Source: Desulfomonilia bacterium (GTDB lineage Bacteria; Desulfobacterota; Desulfomonilia; UBA1062). Taken from it: a DNA stretch of 64,000 nucleotides. The DNA lies in NCBI GenBank assembly GCA_050014195.1, contig JBEKDT010000017.1:44561-108560 (forward strand), read 5' to 3'. The notes beneath the pieces are model-generated. The model was not told the origin of the DNA. It worked only from the letters and a program-made list of their open reading frames with translations, and ran no database searches. The stretch's first letter is position 1. The number at the start of each line of letters is the position of its first letter. A program made the translations under genes and the position numbers. Of the stretch, positions 17,471 to 28,370 are shown one piece after another.

Positions 17471-18304
17471 CTATATCTGAAGGATCTCCCTTGCCTCATG
17501 CGGTGAATAAGGGCTGAAGCCCATTGCCTTTGCAATGGTCACCACTCGTTTTACCAACGAATAATTCGTAGCAAGCTTACTCCTATCGCTATCGAACCAT
17601 ATATTATCTTCCAACCCCACTCTCACACCACCTCCTGATATGATGGAGATTACATTCATCTTGAGCTGGGAATTTCCTATCCCACCTACAGACCAGACAG
17701 AATGTTCAGGTAATTCCCTTACCATAAGGCCGAGATGAAGTATATCTGCTTGAGCACAGGCAATGTTTCCCAGGATCAGGTTAAAATAATATGGAGGTTC
17801 AATAAGGTCTTTATTTATTAGGTACTTTGCATAATTAATCATGCCAAGGTCAAAGGCTTCAAGTTCTGGCTTAATCCTCTCTTTCATCATCTTCGCCGCA
17901 AGGGCTTGAATCATGTCCGGAGTGCTGATGCTTGCCTGCTTATTAAAATTTAGTGAGCTTAAGGTGAGGCTGGCAAAATCCGGCTTTAGCTCACCTTTAA
18001 GATCGAGGCAGTCTGATCTTTGTTCAAATGCATTAAAATCTCTTCCGCTTGTTGAAACCCCTAAAATCAGATCCTTATTTCTCTGCCGTATCCCATGGAT
18101 AATTTCTCCATAAATCTCTTTTTTATAAGTTACTCTGCCTGTTTCGGGGTCCCTTGCATGAAGATGCACCATGCTTGCACCGAGAGTAGCAATATCAAGT
18201 ACCTCTTGGACGATATCACCTGGGGTTAAAGCAATATGTGGTGTCATTTCTTTGGTAGGGATCATGCCTGTTGGGGTGAAATTTAATATAAACTTATTTG
18301 ACAT
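17471..18304 (-). CDS. Beta-keto acid cleavage enzyme (3-keto-5-aminohexanoate cleavage / DUF849 family)
   Basis: PTG..PTK..TPH, HLHARD metal motif, STSGR, SLNF, PELEAFD, RVGLEDN. Confidence 0.92.
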   Translation of the reverse strand: MSNKFILNFTPTGMIPTKEMTPHIALTPGDIVQEVLDIATLGASMVHLHARDPETGRVTYKKEIYGEIIHGIRQRNKDLILGVSTSGRDFNAFEQRSDCLDLKGELKPDFASLTLSSLNFNKQASISTPDMIQALAAKMMKERIKPELEAFDLGMINYAKYLINKDLIEPPYYFNLILGNIACAQADILHLGLMVRELPEHSVWSVGGIGNSQLKMNVISIISGGGVRVGLEDNIWFDSDRSKLATNYSLVKRVVTIAKAMGFSPYSPHEAREILQI

Positions 18305-18555
18305 ATGCCACCGCCATCGCAGACAATTCTTTTATTACTATCAAGCCAATTGCAAAACTCGCAGTTTGCGATAATATTGCAATAAGCCTGATAACTAATT
18401 GAAGATATGAAGACAAAACTCTATTCTTTTTGTGTAGAGCAAAAAGAAAGGAGTAAAGATGAGCAATCTCTTCGACATCTAGCATACCACATAGGCGATA
18501 CTTTTTCCATTTTAACAGTAACGGCACACGATATGCTGATTGCAATGAAGCATGC

Positions 18556-19881
18556 TTATCCCCTTCCGATGCCGAAATAGGTAAACCCGTGTGAATGCAT
18601 CTCAGGTGGATTGAGTATGTTTCTCCCGTCAAAGATTACAGGGCGCTTCAAGAGATCTTTCATGCGCTTGATGTCCGGGCTCTTGAACATGTTCCATTCG
18701 GTGATAATGGCCAGGGCATCGGACCCTTCAATGGCTGCGTAATGGTCATGCGCATATGTGATCCTCTCACCGAGAATCCGTCGTGCATTCTCTTTTCCCT
18801 CGGGATCGAAGGCCTTTACTGTTATGCCCTGAGACAAGAGCGCTTCGATAATATCAAGAGCAGGTGATTCACGCACATCATCGGTCTTGGGCTTGAAGGT
18901 GAGGCCCCAGATTGCGATTGTGATCTTGTTGAGATCCTCACCATGGAAGAAGTTGATTATCTTCTGGGCAAAGTAGCGCTTCTGCCGCTGGTTTGCACGC
19001 CAAGTCGCCTCACAGATCTCTAGGGTATGATCATTGCTCTTTGCAGTTGCAATAAGGGCCTGAACATCTTTAGGGAAACATGAACCTCCAAACCCAGGCC
19101 CGGCAAGGAGGAAACGTGGGCCAATACGATCATCCGTGCCCATACCCTCCCTTACGAGGTCGATATTCGCACCGAGCTTATCACAGAGGATGGCAAGCTC
19201 GTTGATAAAGGATACCTTGGTAGCCAGGAAGCAGTTGGATGCGTACTTGGTGAGTTCCGCGCTTCTGATGTCCATTACGATAATGGGATTGTTCGTCGTC
19301 TTGATGAAAGGGCTATAGAGCTCCTTGAGGATCTCGGCAGTGCGGACGTTGTCTGTGCCGATGATCACCCGGTCAGGCCGCATGAAGTCCTGGATGGCAT
19401 TGCCTTCCTTGAGAAATTCCGGGTTGGACACCATGTCGAACTCCAAGTGTTTAAGCAGCCTGGCATCTAGTTTTCTCCTGATCGTATCGTGCACCTTCTC
19501 CGCGGTCCCTACCGGGACCGTGGATTTGTCGACAATGATCTTGTAGTCGTCTATGATGTCGCCAAGCTGGGAGGCGACGGTGAGCACGTAGGAGAGGTCT
19601 GCCGAACCGTCTTTATCCTGCGGTGTGCCGACACAGATGAAACAAAGCAGGCTCTTCTTTACACCCTCCTGCAAGTCGGTGGTGAAGATGATCCTTCCTT
19701 CTTCCTTGTTTCGGGCAATGATGTCCTTGAGCCCGGGCTCATAGATAGGTACTTCTCCCCTCTGAAGCATAGAGATCTTTTCTGAGTTCTCATCAACACA
19801 AATAACATCATTGCCCATTTCAGCAAGACATGCCCCGGTAACAAGCCCAACGTATCCACTGCCGATCATACAGATTTTCAT
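18556..19881 (-). CDS. ugd: UDP-glucose 6-dehydrogenase
   Basis: IGSGYVGL, VGTP, KSTVPVGT, SNPEFLKEG, GFGGSCFPKD, FKPKTDDVRESP, DGRN. Confidence 0.95.
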   Translation of the reverse strand: MKICMIGSGYVGLVTGACLAEMGNDVICVDENSEKISMLQRGEVPIYEPGLKDIIARNKEEGRIIFTTDLQEGVKKSLLCFICVGTPQDKDGSADLSYVLTVASQLGDIIDDYKIIVDKSTVPVGTAEKVHDTIRRKLDARLLKHLEFDMVSNPEFLKEGNAIQDFMRPDRVIIGTDNVRTAEILKELYSPFIKTTNNPIIVMDIRSAELTKYASNCFLATKVSFINELAILCDKLGANIDLVREGMGTDDRIGPRFLLAGPGFGGSCFPKDVQALIATAKSNDHTLEICEATWRANQRQKRYFAQKIINFFHGEDLNKITIAIWGLTFKPKTDDVRESPALDIIEALLSQGITVKAFDPEGKENARRILGERITYAHDHYAAIEGSDALAIITEWNMFKSPDIKRMKDLLKRPVIFDGRNILNPPEMHSHGFTYFGIGRG

Positions 19882-20029
19882 CTATGCCCCCAAGTCACTA
19901 TGTCTAATCCAAGTAGTCCTATATCTCTTTGTTATCTAAATCAACTTAGTTATTATACAGGTATTAAGGAACTCAATGCGTTATTATGAGTTGATTCGTA
20001 TTACATTGCTTAAATTCAGTTTTACTTGT

Positions 20030-20105
<76 letters not shown>

Positions 20106-20142
20106 AACCGCTTGGATGTGTATTGGAATTTGGGGGGGCTTG

Positions 20143-20430
20143 TCAAGACTTTTCGTCTTCGCTGAAATCAAAGCTTTCAAGGGTTTCACCCTCTTCTTTG
20201 AGAACATCATCCATTGAAACTTCCTTGCTTTTTCGGGGTGTTTCCTGGCCAAGGAGGTCCTTGCGCTCTTCATCTAGTTTTTCGACGGCGAAGCCTTCAT
20301 CGCTGATCTCGATTTCCGGTTGTTTTGTATAGATGTTGAGTTTTATCTTACTGGGGACAAGGTCTTCCCCGCAGCTCTTGCATCGGTCTAAGTAATCATA
20401 ACTGATATAACCACATTTTGGGCACCTCAT
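20143..20430 (-). CDS. Small zinc-ribbon protein with acidic tail
   Basis: MRCPKCG...CKSCG; GGAGG RBS upstream. Confidence 0.75.
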   Translation of the reverse strand: MRCPKCGYISYDYLDRCKSCGEDLVPSKIKLNIYTKQPEIEISDEGFAVEKLDEERKDLLGQETPRKSKEVSMDDVLKEEGETLESFDFSEDEKS

Positions 20431-20615
20431 GTACGGTAACCTCCTAAGTGATATCTTAAGTTTATCGGTATAACGAAATAATTACATTAGTAAAGCCATT
20501 TTCGTTTTCTGTATGATTCCAATGATGAATTCTTAAAGATAAAGATGGGATGTACCAGATATGTCCCCTCGTGTTATCATATGAGCGAATCATACAAGGC
20601 CATCAAGGAGAGGTT

Positions 20616-21008
20616 ATGGACACAAGCCCAAAAATTCTATTCTGGGGTTTCAACAGCGATGAAAAGGACAGGTTCAACAAGTTTCTCCAGGGGCTCGCCG
20701 CTCCGCAAACAGTCGTAATTGATCCTGATCAGGGCCATCTCCTGGTCCACGAGATCCTCTTTTCAGACAAGAGGGAAGAGGAGCCCCTTGACTCAGACGA
20801 GAAGATAATGTTTTTCTTCAATGTTCCTGCGGAGGTCATCCACAAGATTATGAACGAGGCAAAGAAGAAAGAACTTCCGCTACCCATTTTTGCCATGGTC
20901 ACCAGGGAGAACATTTCCTGGAAGTTCAGCGACCTGGTCGATCATCTAAAAAAAGAGCATGAATTTGTCCAGAAGAAACTGAAGGAGAAAAAAAGGAGGA
21001 AGAACTGA
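20616..21008 (+). CDS. DUF3783-like conserved protein
   Basis: PIFAMVTRENISWKFSDLVDHLKKEHE C-terminal motif; AAGGAGAGG RBS before ATG 20616. Confidence 0.7.
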   Translation: MDTSPKILFWGFNSDEKDRFNKFLQGLAAPQTVVIDPDQGHLLVHEILFSDKREEEPLDSDEKIMFFFNVPAEVIHKIMNEAKKKELPLPIFAMVTRENISWKFSDLVDHLKKEHEFVQKKLKEKKRRKN

Positions 21009-21110
21009 TTGGACAACCAACCTACATCCTCACAACATCAAGAAGACCGCCTCCATGAAGCCGGTCTTATTATGAGTCATCCATATACTGATCGGAAGAG
21101 AGGTCCCGCG

Positions 21111-21839
21111 ATGAAGGCATCATTTCTAAAGAAGATCTCCATCATGGCAACCACAATCGCCCCAACTTTAGCAATCTCAATATATGTGCTCTACATGAGG
21201 TTAACCAATACTTATGACAGGGAACGCGCAAGCAATATACTCAGGTGGTGGTCTGCCCTCCTTCTCCGGTCTGTAGAAGCATCATGGGATGTAAAAAAAA
21301 TCTATGATGTCAGCATAACACCGGGACGGCCATACATCATCATGTCAAACCACCGGAGCCATTATGATATCCCTCTCATCTATGTCTCTCTACCCGGCAG
21401 CATACGTATGCTGACCAAGAAAGAACTCTTTAAGATCCCCCTATGGGGCAGGGGTATGAAGGCGGCTGAATTTATTTCTATCGATCGGAAAGATCATGAG
21501 CAGGCCCTCAAAGACCTTGATGAAGCACGCAGAATGATGCAGGGCGGCATAGTGCTCTGGGTAGCACCTGAGGGTACAAGATCGCGTACCGGTAAACTCG
21601 GTGAATTCAAAAAAGGGGGTTTCATGCTCGCCCTTCAGACAGGTGCCATCATCATCCCAGTCGGCATCAAAGGCTCGGAGAATATACTCAAGCCTGATAA
21701 ATTTGAATTCTATCTTGGGCAACAGGTCCAGGTGAATATCGGTGAGCCCATAGATGCCTCGCATTATAGTCTGGATGAGCGGGATCGCCTGATGGATGAT
21801 GTCCGAAAGGCGATCCTGGCATTGGCGGAGGAAAACTAA
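21111..21839 (+). CDS. plsC: 1-acyl-sn-glycerol-3-phosphate acyltransferase
   Basis: NHRSHYD (HX4D), KKEL, IDR, PEGTRS, FKKGGF. Confidence 0.88.
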   Translation: MKASFLKKISIMATTIAPTLAISIYVLYMRLTNTYDRERASNILRWWSALLLRSVEASWDVKKIYDVSITPGRPYIIMSNHRSHYDIPLIYVSLPGSIRMLTKKELFKIPLWGRGMKAAEFISIDRKDHEQALKDLDEARRMMQGGIVLWVAPEGTRSRTGKLGEFKKGGFMLALQTGAIIIPVGIKGSENILKPDKFEFYLGQQVQVNIGEPIDASHYSLDERDRLMDDVRKAILALAEEN

Positions 21840-21913
21840 ATATATCTGATGAAGGCTCCTGCAGAAAATAAAAACCTGGTTCTCTGAAACCGGCCGGCCT
21901 CAGATGCTTATCA

Positions 21914-22627
21914 TTATGATGGGCGATAATACCCGTTCAAAAATATCGAAGTCCATTCATGAGGCAGATGGATCCGGCCTTTTGCCTGCCATTTTTTTAC
22001 GGACCTCATAAAACGTTTCAGGTTCAGCTGTTTCATGATTCCAGGCAGCCTATCGAACTGATGCGCCTTATCAAGATCGAGCACCCACAGGTTCTTGGTG
22101 TCATCTAAGAGTATATTTTTAATGTGGAGGTCCGCGTGATATACTCCTGAATCGTGAATTTTTCTGATGAGCATACCGGATTTTTTTAACAGCTCTGCGC
22201 TGTCTTCATGTACAGTTTCAAGATACATGAGGAGATCAACGGCGCCCGGTATGAGCCTCGAAATCACATCGATGGCGTAAAAAGGCCCTTCTTTAATCAG
22301 CCTCACAGCGATGATTTCCGGTGTGAGTATGCCACGAGAAATAAGATGGGCACTCGCCTTGAGTTCCCTCATGGTCCGATTCGGAGTTAAAAATCTCTTT
22401 CCTGTGATATGCCTGAAGAGACCGCCATGCATAAGGGTCCGAACTACCATATCGGGTTCTATGAATCTCAACGGGGATCTCCCATTTAGCAAGGAGATTT
22501 TCCCGAGAGGTTCCTTTTTACAAGCCATACCCCACAAATGAGCCATGTCAGGTTTATAGATGAAGGTAAGACGGCCCTCCCTGCGGATACGGTAATCCAG
22601 CACTTCCAAGTCTAGTTTCATGTTCAT
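21914..22627 (-). CDS. Kdo kinase / lipopolysaccharide kinase (KdkA/InaA family)
   Basis: GR..., [29 protein letters not shown] motifs; overlaps the uvrB stop. Confidence 0.78.
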   Translation of the reverse strand: MNMKLDLEVLDYRIRREGRLTFIYKPDMAHLWGMACKKEPLGKISLLNGRSPLRFIEPDMVVRTLMHGGLFRHITGKRFLTPNRTMRELKASAHLISRGILTPEIIAVRLIKEGPFYAIDVISRLIPGAVDLLMYLETVHEDSAELLKKSGMLIRKIHDSGVYHADLHIKNILLDDTKNLWVLDLDKAHQFDRLPGIMKQLNLKRFMRSVKKWQAKGRIHLPHEWTSIFLNGYYRPS

Positions 22628-24618
22628 CCCTCCACCGCCAGGTGGATACGTTTCAGCCGCTTGATCTCATCCCTGATCTCGGCTGCCTCCTCAAACCGAA
22701 GGTCCTTGGCGGCCTTCATCATCTTCTTTTCCAGCTCCTTTATCGTCTCCTTTACCCTCCTGATCTCGATCGTACCCATTGATGTCTTGATCTGTGCTGA
22801 GATGTCAGGATAGTCGCGCTCATATATGGATGCAAGGATATCCCGTATGTTCTTCTGGATGCTCCTGGGTGTGATATTGTTGGCCTTATTATACTGCTCT
22901 TGCTTGATTCTTCTCCTGATGGTCTCGGAGTATGCCTTCTCAATGGACGCAGTCTTCATGTCGGCATACATAATGACCTTGCCGTTGATATTCCTGGCCG
23001 CCCTGCCTGAAGTCTGAATGAGTGAGCGCGTGGATCGCAAGAAGCCTTCCTTGTCGGCATCCAATATGGCGACGAGCGTCACCTCAGGGATGTCAAGCCC
23101 TTCCCGCAAGAGGTTAATGCCGACCAGCACGTCAAAGACGCCCTCCCTCAGGCCCTTGACAAGCTCGATCCTCTCCAGTGTGTCGATATCCGAGTGCATG
23201 TATTTTATTTTGATATCAAGACCCTGAAAATAATCGGTGAGTTCCTCTGACATCCTTTTGGTAAGTGTGGTGACAAGCACTCGCCCCCCGTTATCCACGG
23301 TCTTCCTGATCTCGCGGTAGAGATCATCCACCTGGCCCGTTGCGGGTCTGATCTCGACGACCGGGTCCAGCAGGCCCGTAGGCCTCACGACCTGCTCCAC
23401 AACGTTCCCCTTGGTCTGCTTCAGCTCATAGTCACCCGGGGTGGCTGAGACATAAACGATTGAGTTGACGATCCGGTTGAACTCATCAAACCGCAGTGGC
23501 CGGTTGTCCAGGGCTGACGGCAGCCTGAACCCGTATTCCACGAGGGTGGATTTTCTTGAGTGGTCGCCACGGTACATGCCGATGAGCTGGGGTACACCCA
23601 CGTGTGACTCATCCAGGAACACGAGGGTATTTTGGGGAAGGTAATCCATGAGGGTAGGGGGGGGCTCGCCCGGTCTGCGTCCGGTGAGGTGCCTGGAATA
23701 GTTCTCGATCCCCTTGCAGCTCCCGGTTTCCATGAGCATCTCAAGGTCGTACCGTGTCCTTTCCTCGATACGCTGTGCCTCGATGAGCCGGTTGTGCGCC
23801 TGGTAGAATGCAATCCGTTCTTTCAGCTCTTCTTTAATGGCATCGATGGCATTCAGCAGGATAGATCTCGGGGTCACGTAGTGAGAGGCCGGGTAGATGG
23901 GGAAATGGCCTATCCGCTTGATCTTCTTGTTGCGGATCGTGTCGATTTGCCAGAGCATCTCAATATCGTCTCCAAAGAGCTCGATACGGATGGCGGTCTC
24001 ATCTTCGTGAACCGGAAAGACCTCGATGACATCACCCCTGACCCGGAAGGTGCCTCGGTGGAAATCAAGGTCATTGCGCTCGTACTGGATCTCTACGAGC
24101 TTTTTCAGGATCTCGTCCCGCGTAAAGGCACGTCCTTCTTCCAGGTAGAGGAGCATACCCTGGTAGGCCTCGGGTGACCCGAGGCCGTAGATGCAGGAAA
24201 CAGAGGCCACGATGATGCACTCCTGCTGTTCGAATAGAGCGCGTGTAGCCCTGTGTCTGAGCTTGTCGATATCTTCGTTGATGGAGGAGTCCTTTTCGAT
24301 GTACAGGTCCCGTGATGGCACGTATGCCTCGGGCTGGTAGTAATCGTAGTAACTGATAAAATATTCTACCGCATTGTCCGGGAAGAGCTCCCGGAACTCC
24401 CCGTAAAGCTGGGCTGCCAGGATCTTGTTAGGTGCGATTACGAGGGCGGGCCTGCCGGTGCGCTCGATCACACAGGCCATGGTAAAGGTTTTGCCCGAAC
24501 CGGTCACCCCGAGGAGGACCTGGTCCCGCGTACCGCGTTCAATACCCTTACATAGCGCATCTATCGCCTGAGGTTGGTCACCCTGCGGGCTGAAGGGCGA
24601 GACGAGGTTATATGCCAT
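22624..24618 (-). CDS. uvrB: Excinuclease ABC subunit B
   Basis: [40 protein letters not shown]-terminal UVR domain. Confidence 0.99.
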   Translation of the reverse strand: MAYNLVSPFSPQGDQPQAIDALCKGIERGTRDQVLLGVTGSGKTFTMACVIERTGRPALVIAPNKILAAQLYGEFRELFPDNAVEYFISYYDYYQPEAYVPSRDLYIEKDSSINEDIDKLRHRATRALFEQQECIIVASVSCIYGLGSPEAYQGMLLYLEEGRAFTRDEILKKLVEIQYERNDLDFHRGTFRVRGDVIEVFPVHEDETAIRIELFGDDIEMLWQIDTIRNKKIKRIGHFPIYPASHYVTPRSILLNAIDAIKEELKERIAFYQAHNRLIEAQRIEERTRYDLEMLMETGSCKGIENYSRHLTGRRPGEPPPTLMDYLPQNTLVFLDESHVGVPQLIGMYRGDHSRKSTLVEYGFRLPSALDNRPLRFDEFNRIVNSIVYVSATPGDYELKQTKGNVVEQVVRPTGLLDPVVEIRPATGQVDDLYREIRKTVDNGGRVLVTTLTKRMSEELTDYFQGLDIKIKYMHSDIDTLERIELVKGLREGVFDVLVGINLLREGLDIPEVTLVAILDADKEGFLRSTRSLIQTSGRAARNINGKVIMYADMKTASIEKAYSETIRRRIKQEQYNKANNITPRSIQKNIRDILASIYERDYPDISAQIKTSMGTIEIRRVKETIKELEKKMMKAAKDLRFEEAAEIRDEIKRLKRIHLAVEG

Positions 24619-24712
24619 AATTTTTATGGTTTCCTCTGAGAACTGATTATCTCAAAACATTTAGAATTAATACGTGCCGGCAACATGACTTATTGAGATA
24701 CCCATACAATAT

Positions 24713-26149
24713 TCATATCTTTTCCCAGACAGTACCTTCCGGGGAGTCTTTCAGCTGAATGCCCTTGTTCTTGAGCATATCCCTTATTTCATCTGCCTTT
24801 TTAAAGTCTCGCGTCTTCCTGGCAAGGTTTCTCTCATCGATAAGTTTGCTTATCTCCTGTTCCGTAAGGCCTGTTACCTGGACACTGCTGCCTCTTTTCA
24901 TAGATTCCAGGAATAGTGCCGGTTCTTCCGTGAGTATGCCAAAAACCTCGGTGATCTCTTTAATCGCCTTGGCAAGTGCTGCTGTGTCTTCCGTGGATAC
25001 CTTGGGATACTGGTCCAGGGCCCGGTTGATCTCTGTAGTGAGATCGTGCAGGGAGGCAATGGCCTTAGCCGTATTGAAATCATCGGCCATGGCCTCATCC
25101 AACTCTGCGATGAAGGTATTGATGTGTCCTTCAATGCGGGAATCCTGGCTGTCTGAAGCACTATGGGCAACCCTATCCAGCATCTCATAGAAACGTATAA
25201 GGGAATGTCTTACCGTACTCAGGGCATCGTGTGAGAAATCAATAGGGCTCCGATAATGGTGAGACAACATAAGCAGCCTCAATATCTCAGGGTGTACATC
25301 TTTGGTGAGCTCGCGGATGGTCATGAAGTTGCCAAGCGACTTGCTCATCTTCTCCCCATCCACGGTAACGAATCCATTGTGTATCCAGTGCCTGACAAAG
25401 GGGACCCCATAGGCACATTCGGATTGGGCGGTCTCATTCTCGTGATGGGGAAAGATAAGGTCTCTGCCGCCTCCGTGGATATCAAGGGTGGGGCCTAAAA
25501 AATGCGTGCTCATAGCCGAGCACTCGATATGCCACCCCGGCCTGCCCTTTGACCAGGGGCTCTCCCACCAGGGCTCACCTTCCTTGCTTCGTTTCCATAA
25601 TGCAAAATCAAGCGGGTCCTTTTTCAGTTCCTCGATGTCGACCCTGGCACCGGCGATCATTTCTTCTGTCTTTCTCCCGCTGAGGCTCCCGTAACTCTTA
25701 AACTTCGAAACACTGAAATACACGCTGCCGTCACCTGCCTTATAGGCAAAGCCTTTATCCTCGAGGCGGCGAACCATCTCAATAATGTCCTTAATGTGGT
25801 CCGTAGCCTTGGGTTCTCTATCGGCAGGCAGTACTTTTAAAATCTCCATGTCGGTCTTAAATTCATCGATGTAGCGGTCCGCCACCTCTCGATAGGATGT
25901 ACCGAGTGCATTGGCCCTGGAAATAATTTTGTCATCGATATCCGTAAAGTTTCTTACATAGGTAAGCTTATAACCCTTTCTCCTTAAGAACCGTGATATG
26001 ACATCAAAGACGATTAAAGAGCGTGCATGACCGATGTGACACATGTCGTAGACCGTTACCCCGCATACGTACATGCCCACGTTATTGCCGTTCAGAGGCT
26101 CAAAGATTTTCTTTTTTTTGAAGGGGGTGTTGAACACGTTCAGTTCCAT
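24713..26149 (-). CDS. cysS: Cysteine--tRNA ligase
   Basis: YVCGVTVYD, HIGH, GRPGWHIECSAM, KMSKS. Confidence 0.99.
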   Translation of the reverse strand: MELNVFNTPFKKKKIFEPLNGNNVGMYVCGVTVYDMCHIGHARSLIVFDVISRFLRRKGYKLTYVRNFTDIDDKIISRANALGTSYREVADRYIDEFKTDMEILKVLPADREPKATDHIKDIIEMVRRLEDKGFAYKAGDGSVYFSVSKFKSYGSLSGRKTEEMIAGARVDIEELKKDPLDFALWKRSKEGEPWWESPWSKGRPGWHIECSAMSTHFLGPTLDIHGGGRDLIFPHHENETAQSECAYGVPFVRHWIHNGFVTVDGEKMSKSLGNFMTIRELTKDVHPEILRLLMLSHHYRSPIDFSHDALSTVRHSLIRFYEMLDRVAHSASDSQDSRIEGHINTFIAELDEAMADDFNTAKAIASLHDLTTEINRALDQYPKVSTEDTAALAKAIKEITEVFGILTEEPALFLESMKRGSSVQVTGLTEQEISKLIDERNLARKTRDFKKADEIRDMLKNKGIQLKDSPEGTVWEKI

Positions 26150-26239
26150 GGTTTCTCCTTGGGTACATCCTAAAGTAACGTTCGTTTCAGGGAATAACAG
26201 GTTAACACATGAGAGATTCAGGATAAAGGGTTTTGGAGG

Positions 26240-26716
26240 TTACTTCTTTTCCAGGAGCACCACGGCCTGAGCAGCGATGGCCCGGCCTTCGCCGATATCC
26301 CCGAGGCCCTCGTGGGTGCGGAATTTTACTGAAACAGCTGATGGATCAATACCTGCCGCCATCGCAATAGTGTTGATCATTTCAGACCGATAGCCGGCCA
26401 GTCTCGGTCTTTCGCAGATGCAGTTGATGTCGATGTTGACAAGCACATAATTGCTTGCCGCTGTTTTGATGATGGCTTGCAGCATGTTCAGAGAGTTCAT
26501 GCCCTCGGTTTCTTTTGCGCTGTCGGGATACAGCTCGCCGATGTCGGTATGCGCTAACGCGCCCAGGATTGCATCACACACCGAGTGGATGATTACGTCA
26601 CCATCGGAATGGCCGAGCAGCCCTTTATCATGTCGGATGGTTACACCTCCGAGGATCAGGGACCTTCCTTCAACCAGTCTATGAATGTCAAAGCCTATTC
26701 CAACCCTGTACGGCAT
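26240..26716 (-). CDS. ispF: 2-C-methyl-D-erythritol 2,4-cyclodiphosphate synthase
   Basis: GIGFDIH, GHSDGDV, DIG. Confidence 0.97.
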   Translation of the reverse strand: MPYRVGIGFDIHRLVEGRSLILGGVTIRHDKGLLGHSDGDVIIHSVCDAILGALAHTDIGELYPDSAKETEGMNSLNMLQAIIKTAASNYVLVNIDINCICERPRLAGYRSEMINTIAMAAGIDPSAVSVKFRTHEGLGDIGEGRAIAAQAVVLLEKK

Positions 26717-27375
26717 CTCAGGATTGCCTCCGCCATAATGATATCGTCCTTGAAGGTTATCTTTACATTGAGCGGATCACCCTCAACGATTCTTACCGTT
26801 TTTCCTGCTGCCTCCAAGAGGGCGCTGTCGTCGGTGAACAGGAGCGGGCCATTTTGAAGGGCCTTTTCATGTGCCTCCAGAAGTGTTTTTGTGACAAAGG
26901 CCTGGGGGGTCTGGACCTGATAGAGGCTTCCCCGGGGTATGGTTTCCACTACCATACCATTATGTGCCTTTTTCAAGGTATCGGTCATCTTAAGGGCGGG
27001 GATGCACCCGTCAACACCTTCTAGGCCCTTGATCACTCGGTCGATGAGGCTTGAGGAGACAAGCGGTCTTACCCCGTCATGGATAAGCACTGCATGGCTT
27101 TCATGGGCGCACTGTAATCCATTCATGACCGATTCCTGCCTGGTTCTGCCGCCCTTGGTTATGACAAGCTCTTTCCCCATATCTGTGAGCATCCGCCGGG
27201 TCTGCGATATATCTTCTTCGGGTACGACAACGACAAGCCTGTCGATTGCCGTGGTTGCATCGAAGCAGGAAACCGACCTCTTCAGGACAGGAACGCCGAG
27301 GAGATCGAGGAACTGCTTTTTCAGGCCGAACCGGGCTCCGCTGCCTCCGGCAACGATGAGAGCGCTAAAAGACAT
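26695..27375 (-). CDS. ispD: 2-C-methyl-D-erythritol 4-phosphate cytidylyltransferase
   Basis: AGGSGARFG..KQF, RQESV, IHDGVRP, QTPQ, TDD, KIT. Confidence 0.97.
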   Translation of the reverse strand: MSFSALIVAGGSGARFGLKKQFLDLLGVPVLKRSVSCFDATTAIDRLVVVVPEEDISQTRRMLTDMGKELVITKGGRTRQESVMNGLQCAHESHAVLIHDGVRPLVSSSLIDRVIKGLEGVDGCIPALKMTDTLKKAHNGMVVETIPRGSLYQVQTPQAFVTKTLLEAHEKALQNGPLLFTDDSALLEAAGKTVRIVEGDPLNVKITFKDDIIMAEAILRCRTGLE

Positions 27376-28351
27376 TGTTTTTAGGCGCTGCGAAAATCAT
27401 CCTGCCGGCGGGGGTCTGGAGAATAGATGTTACAACAACTTCGATACTCTGATTAAGAAGGCTCTCCCCTTGCTCTACCACGACCATGGTCCCGTCATCC
27501 AGGTACGCCACACCCTGACCGCGCTCCTTACCCGCTCTGGTGACATTTACCGACAGGCTCTCCCCAGGCAGTACAATGGGTTTGACTGCATTGGCGAGCT
27601 GATTGATGTTCAAAACATCCACACCCTGGATCTGAGCGATCTTGTTCAGGTTGAAGTCGTTTGTAAGGATATCTGCGCCGAGGTCTTTGGCTAAAGCAAT
27701 GAGCTTGGAGTCGACCTCTTTGATCTTGGGGAAATCTATCTCTATAACCTCTATCTTGGCATTCGGGCTCTTCTGGAGTTTGTTGAGGATATCGAGACCA
27801 CGCCTTCCACGTGCTCGCTTGAGAGGATCGGAGGAATCGGCAATATGCTGCAGCTCGTTCAGGATGAACTGGGGTGCGATCAATGTCCCCTCGATGAACC
27901 CGGCATCGGAGATGTCCGAAATCCTGCCGTCAATGATGACACTCGTATCGAGGATCTTCAGCTTGGTGTTTTCGCCTTTGGATTTCTTTTGGAATATGGG
28001 GAGAGAGGAAATTTCTCTGCCCCAGGCGAGACCGACACTGTAGCCCAGATAGGCGAACATGGTATTGATGAGGATGAAGAGATAGATTCCACTCGCATTG
28101 ATCCCGATGAGTACATATCCTAAAAGGCTGCCGATGATAAGGCCAAGGATCGTCCCGACGAGGCCGCCTGCATAAGCCATGGGATGAAGCTTGAAGCCCT
28201 TTGTTTCGCTGAAAAAAATGGCAAAGAGACAAATTTCGGAAATGAGCGGCAGGACTATGATCCAGATCCCACTTCCCATTTGTTCAGATGCATACTGAAA
28301 GGACCCATAGAATACAACCAGGGCAATGAGAATGCGTAACATCCATTTCAT
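27365..28351 (-). CDS. PIN/TRAM-domain membrane protein (YacL family)
   Basis: N-terminal TM helices; LDTSVIIDGRI, RGRRGLD, TNDFNLNK, GVAYLDDGTMVVVE. Confidence 0.93.
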   Translation of the reverse strand: MKWMLRILIALVVFYGSFQYASEQMGSGIWIIVLPLISEICLFAIFFSETKGFKLHPMAYAGGLVGTILGLIIGSLLGYVLIGINASGIYLFILINTMFAYLGYSVGLAWGREISSLPIFQKKSKGENTKLKILDTSVIIDGRISDISDAGFIEGTLIAPQFILNELQHIADSSDPLKRARGRRGLDILNKLQKSPNAKIEVIEIDFPKIKEVDSKLIALAKDLGADILTNDFNLNKIAQIQGVDVLNINQLANAVKPIVLPGESLSVNVTRAGKERGQGVAYLDDGTMVVVEQGESLLNQSIEVVVTSILQTPAGRMIFAAPKNNVF

Positions 28352-28370
28352 ATCAATATCCCATCCTATT

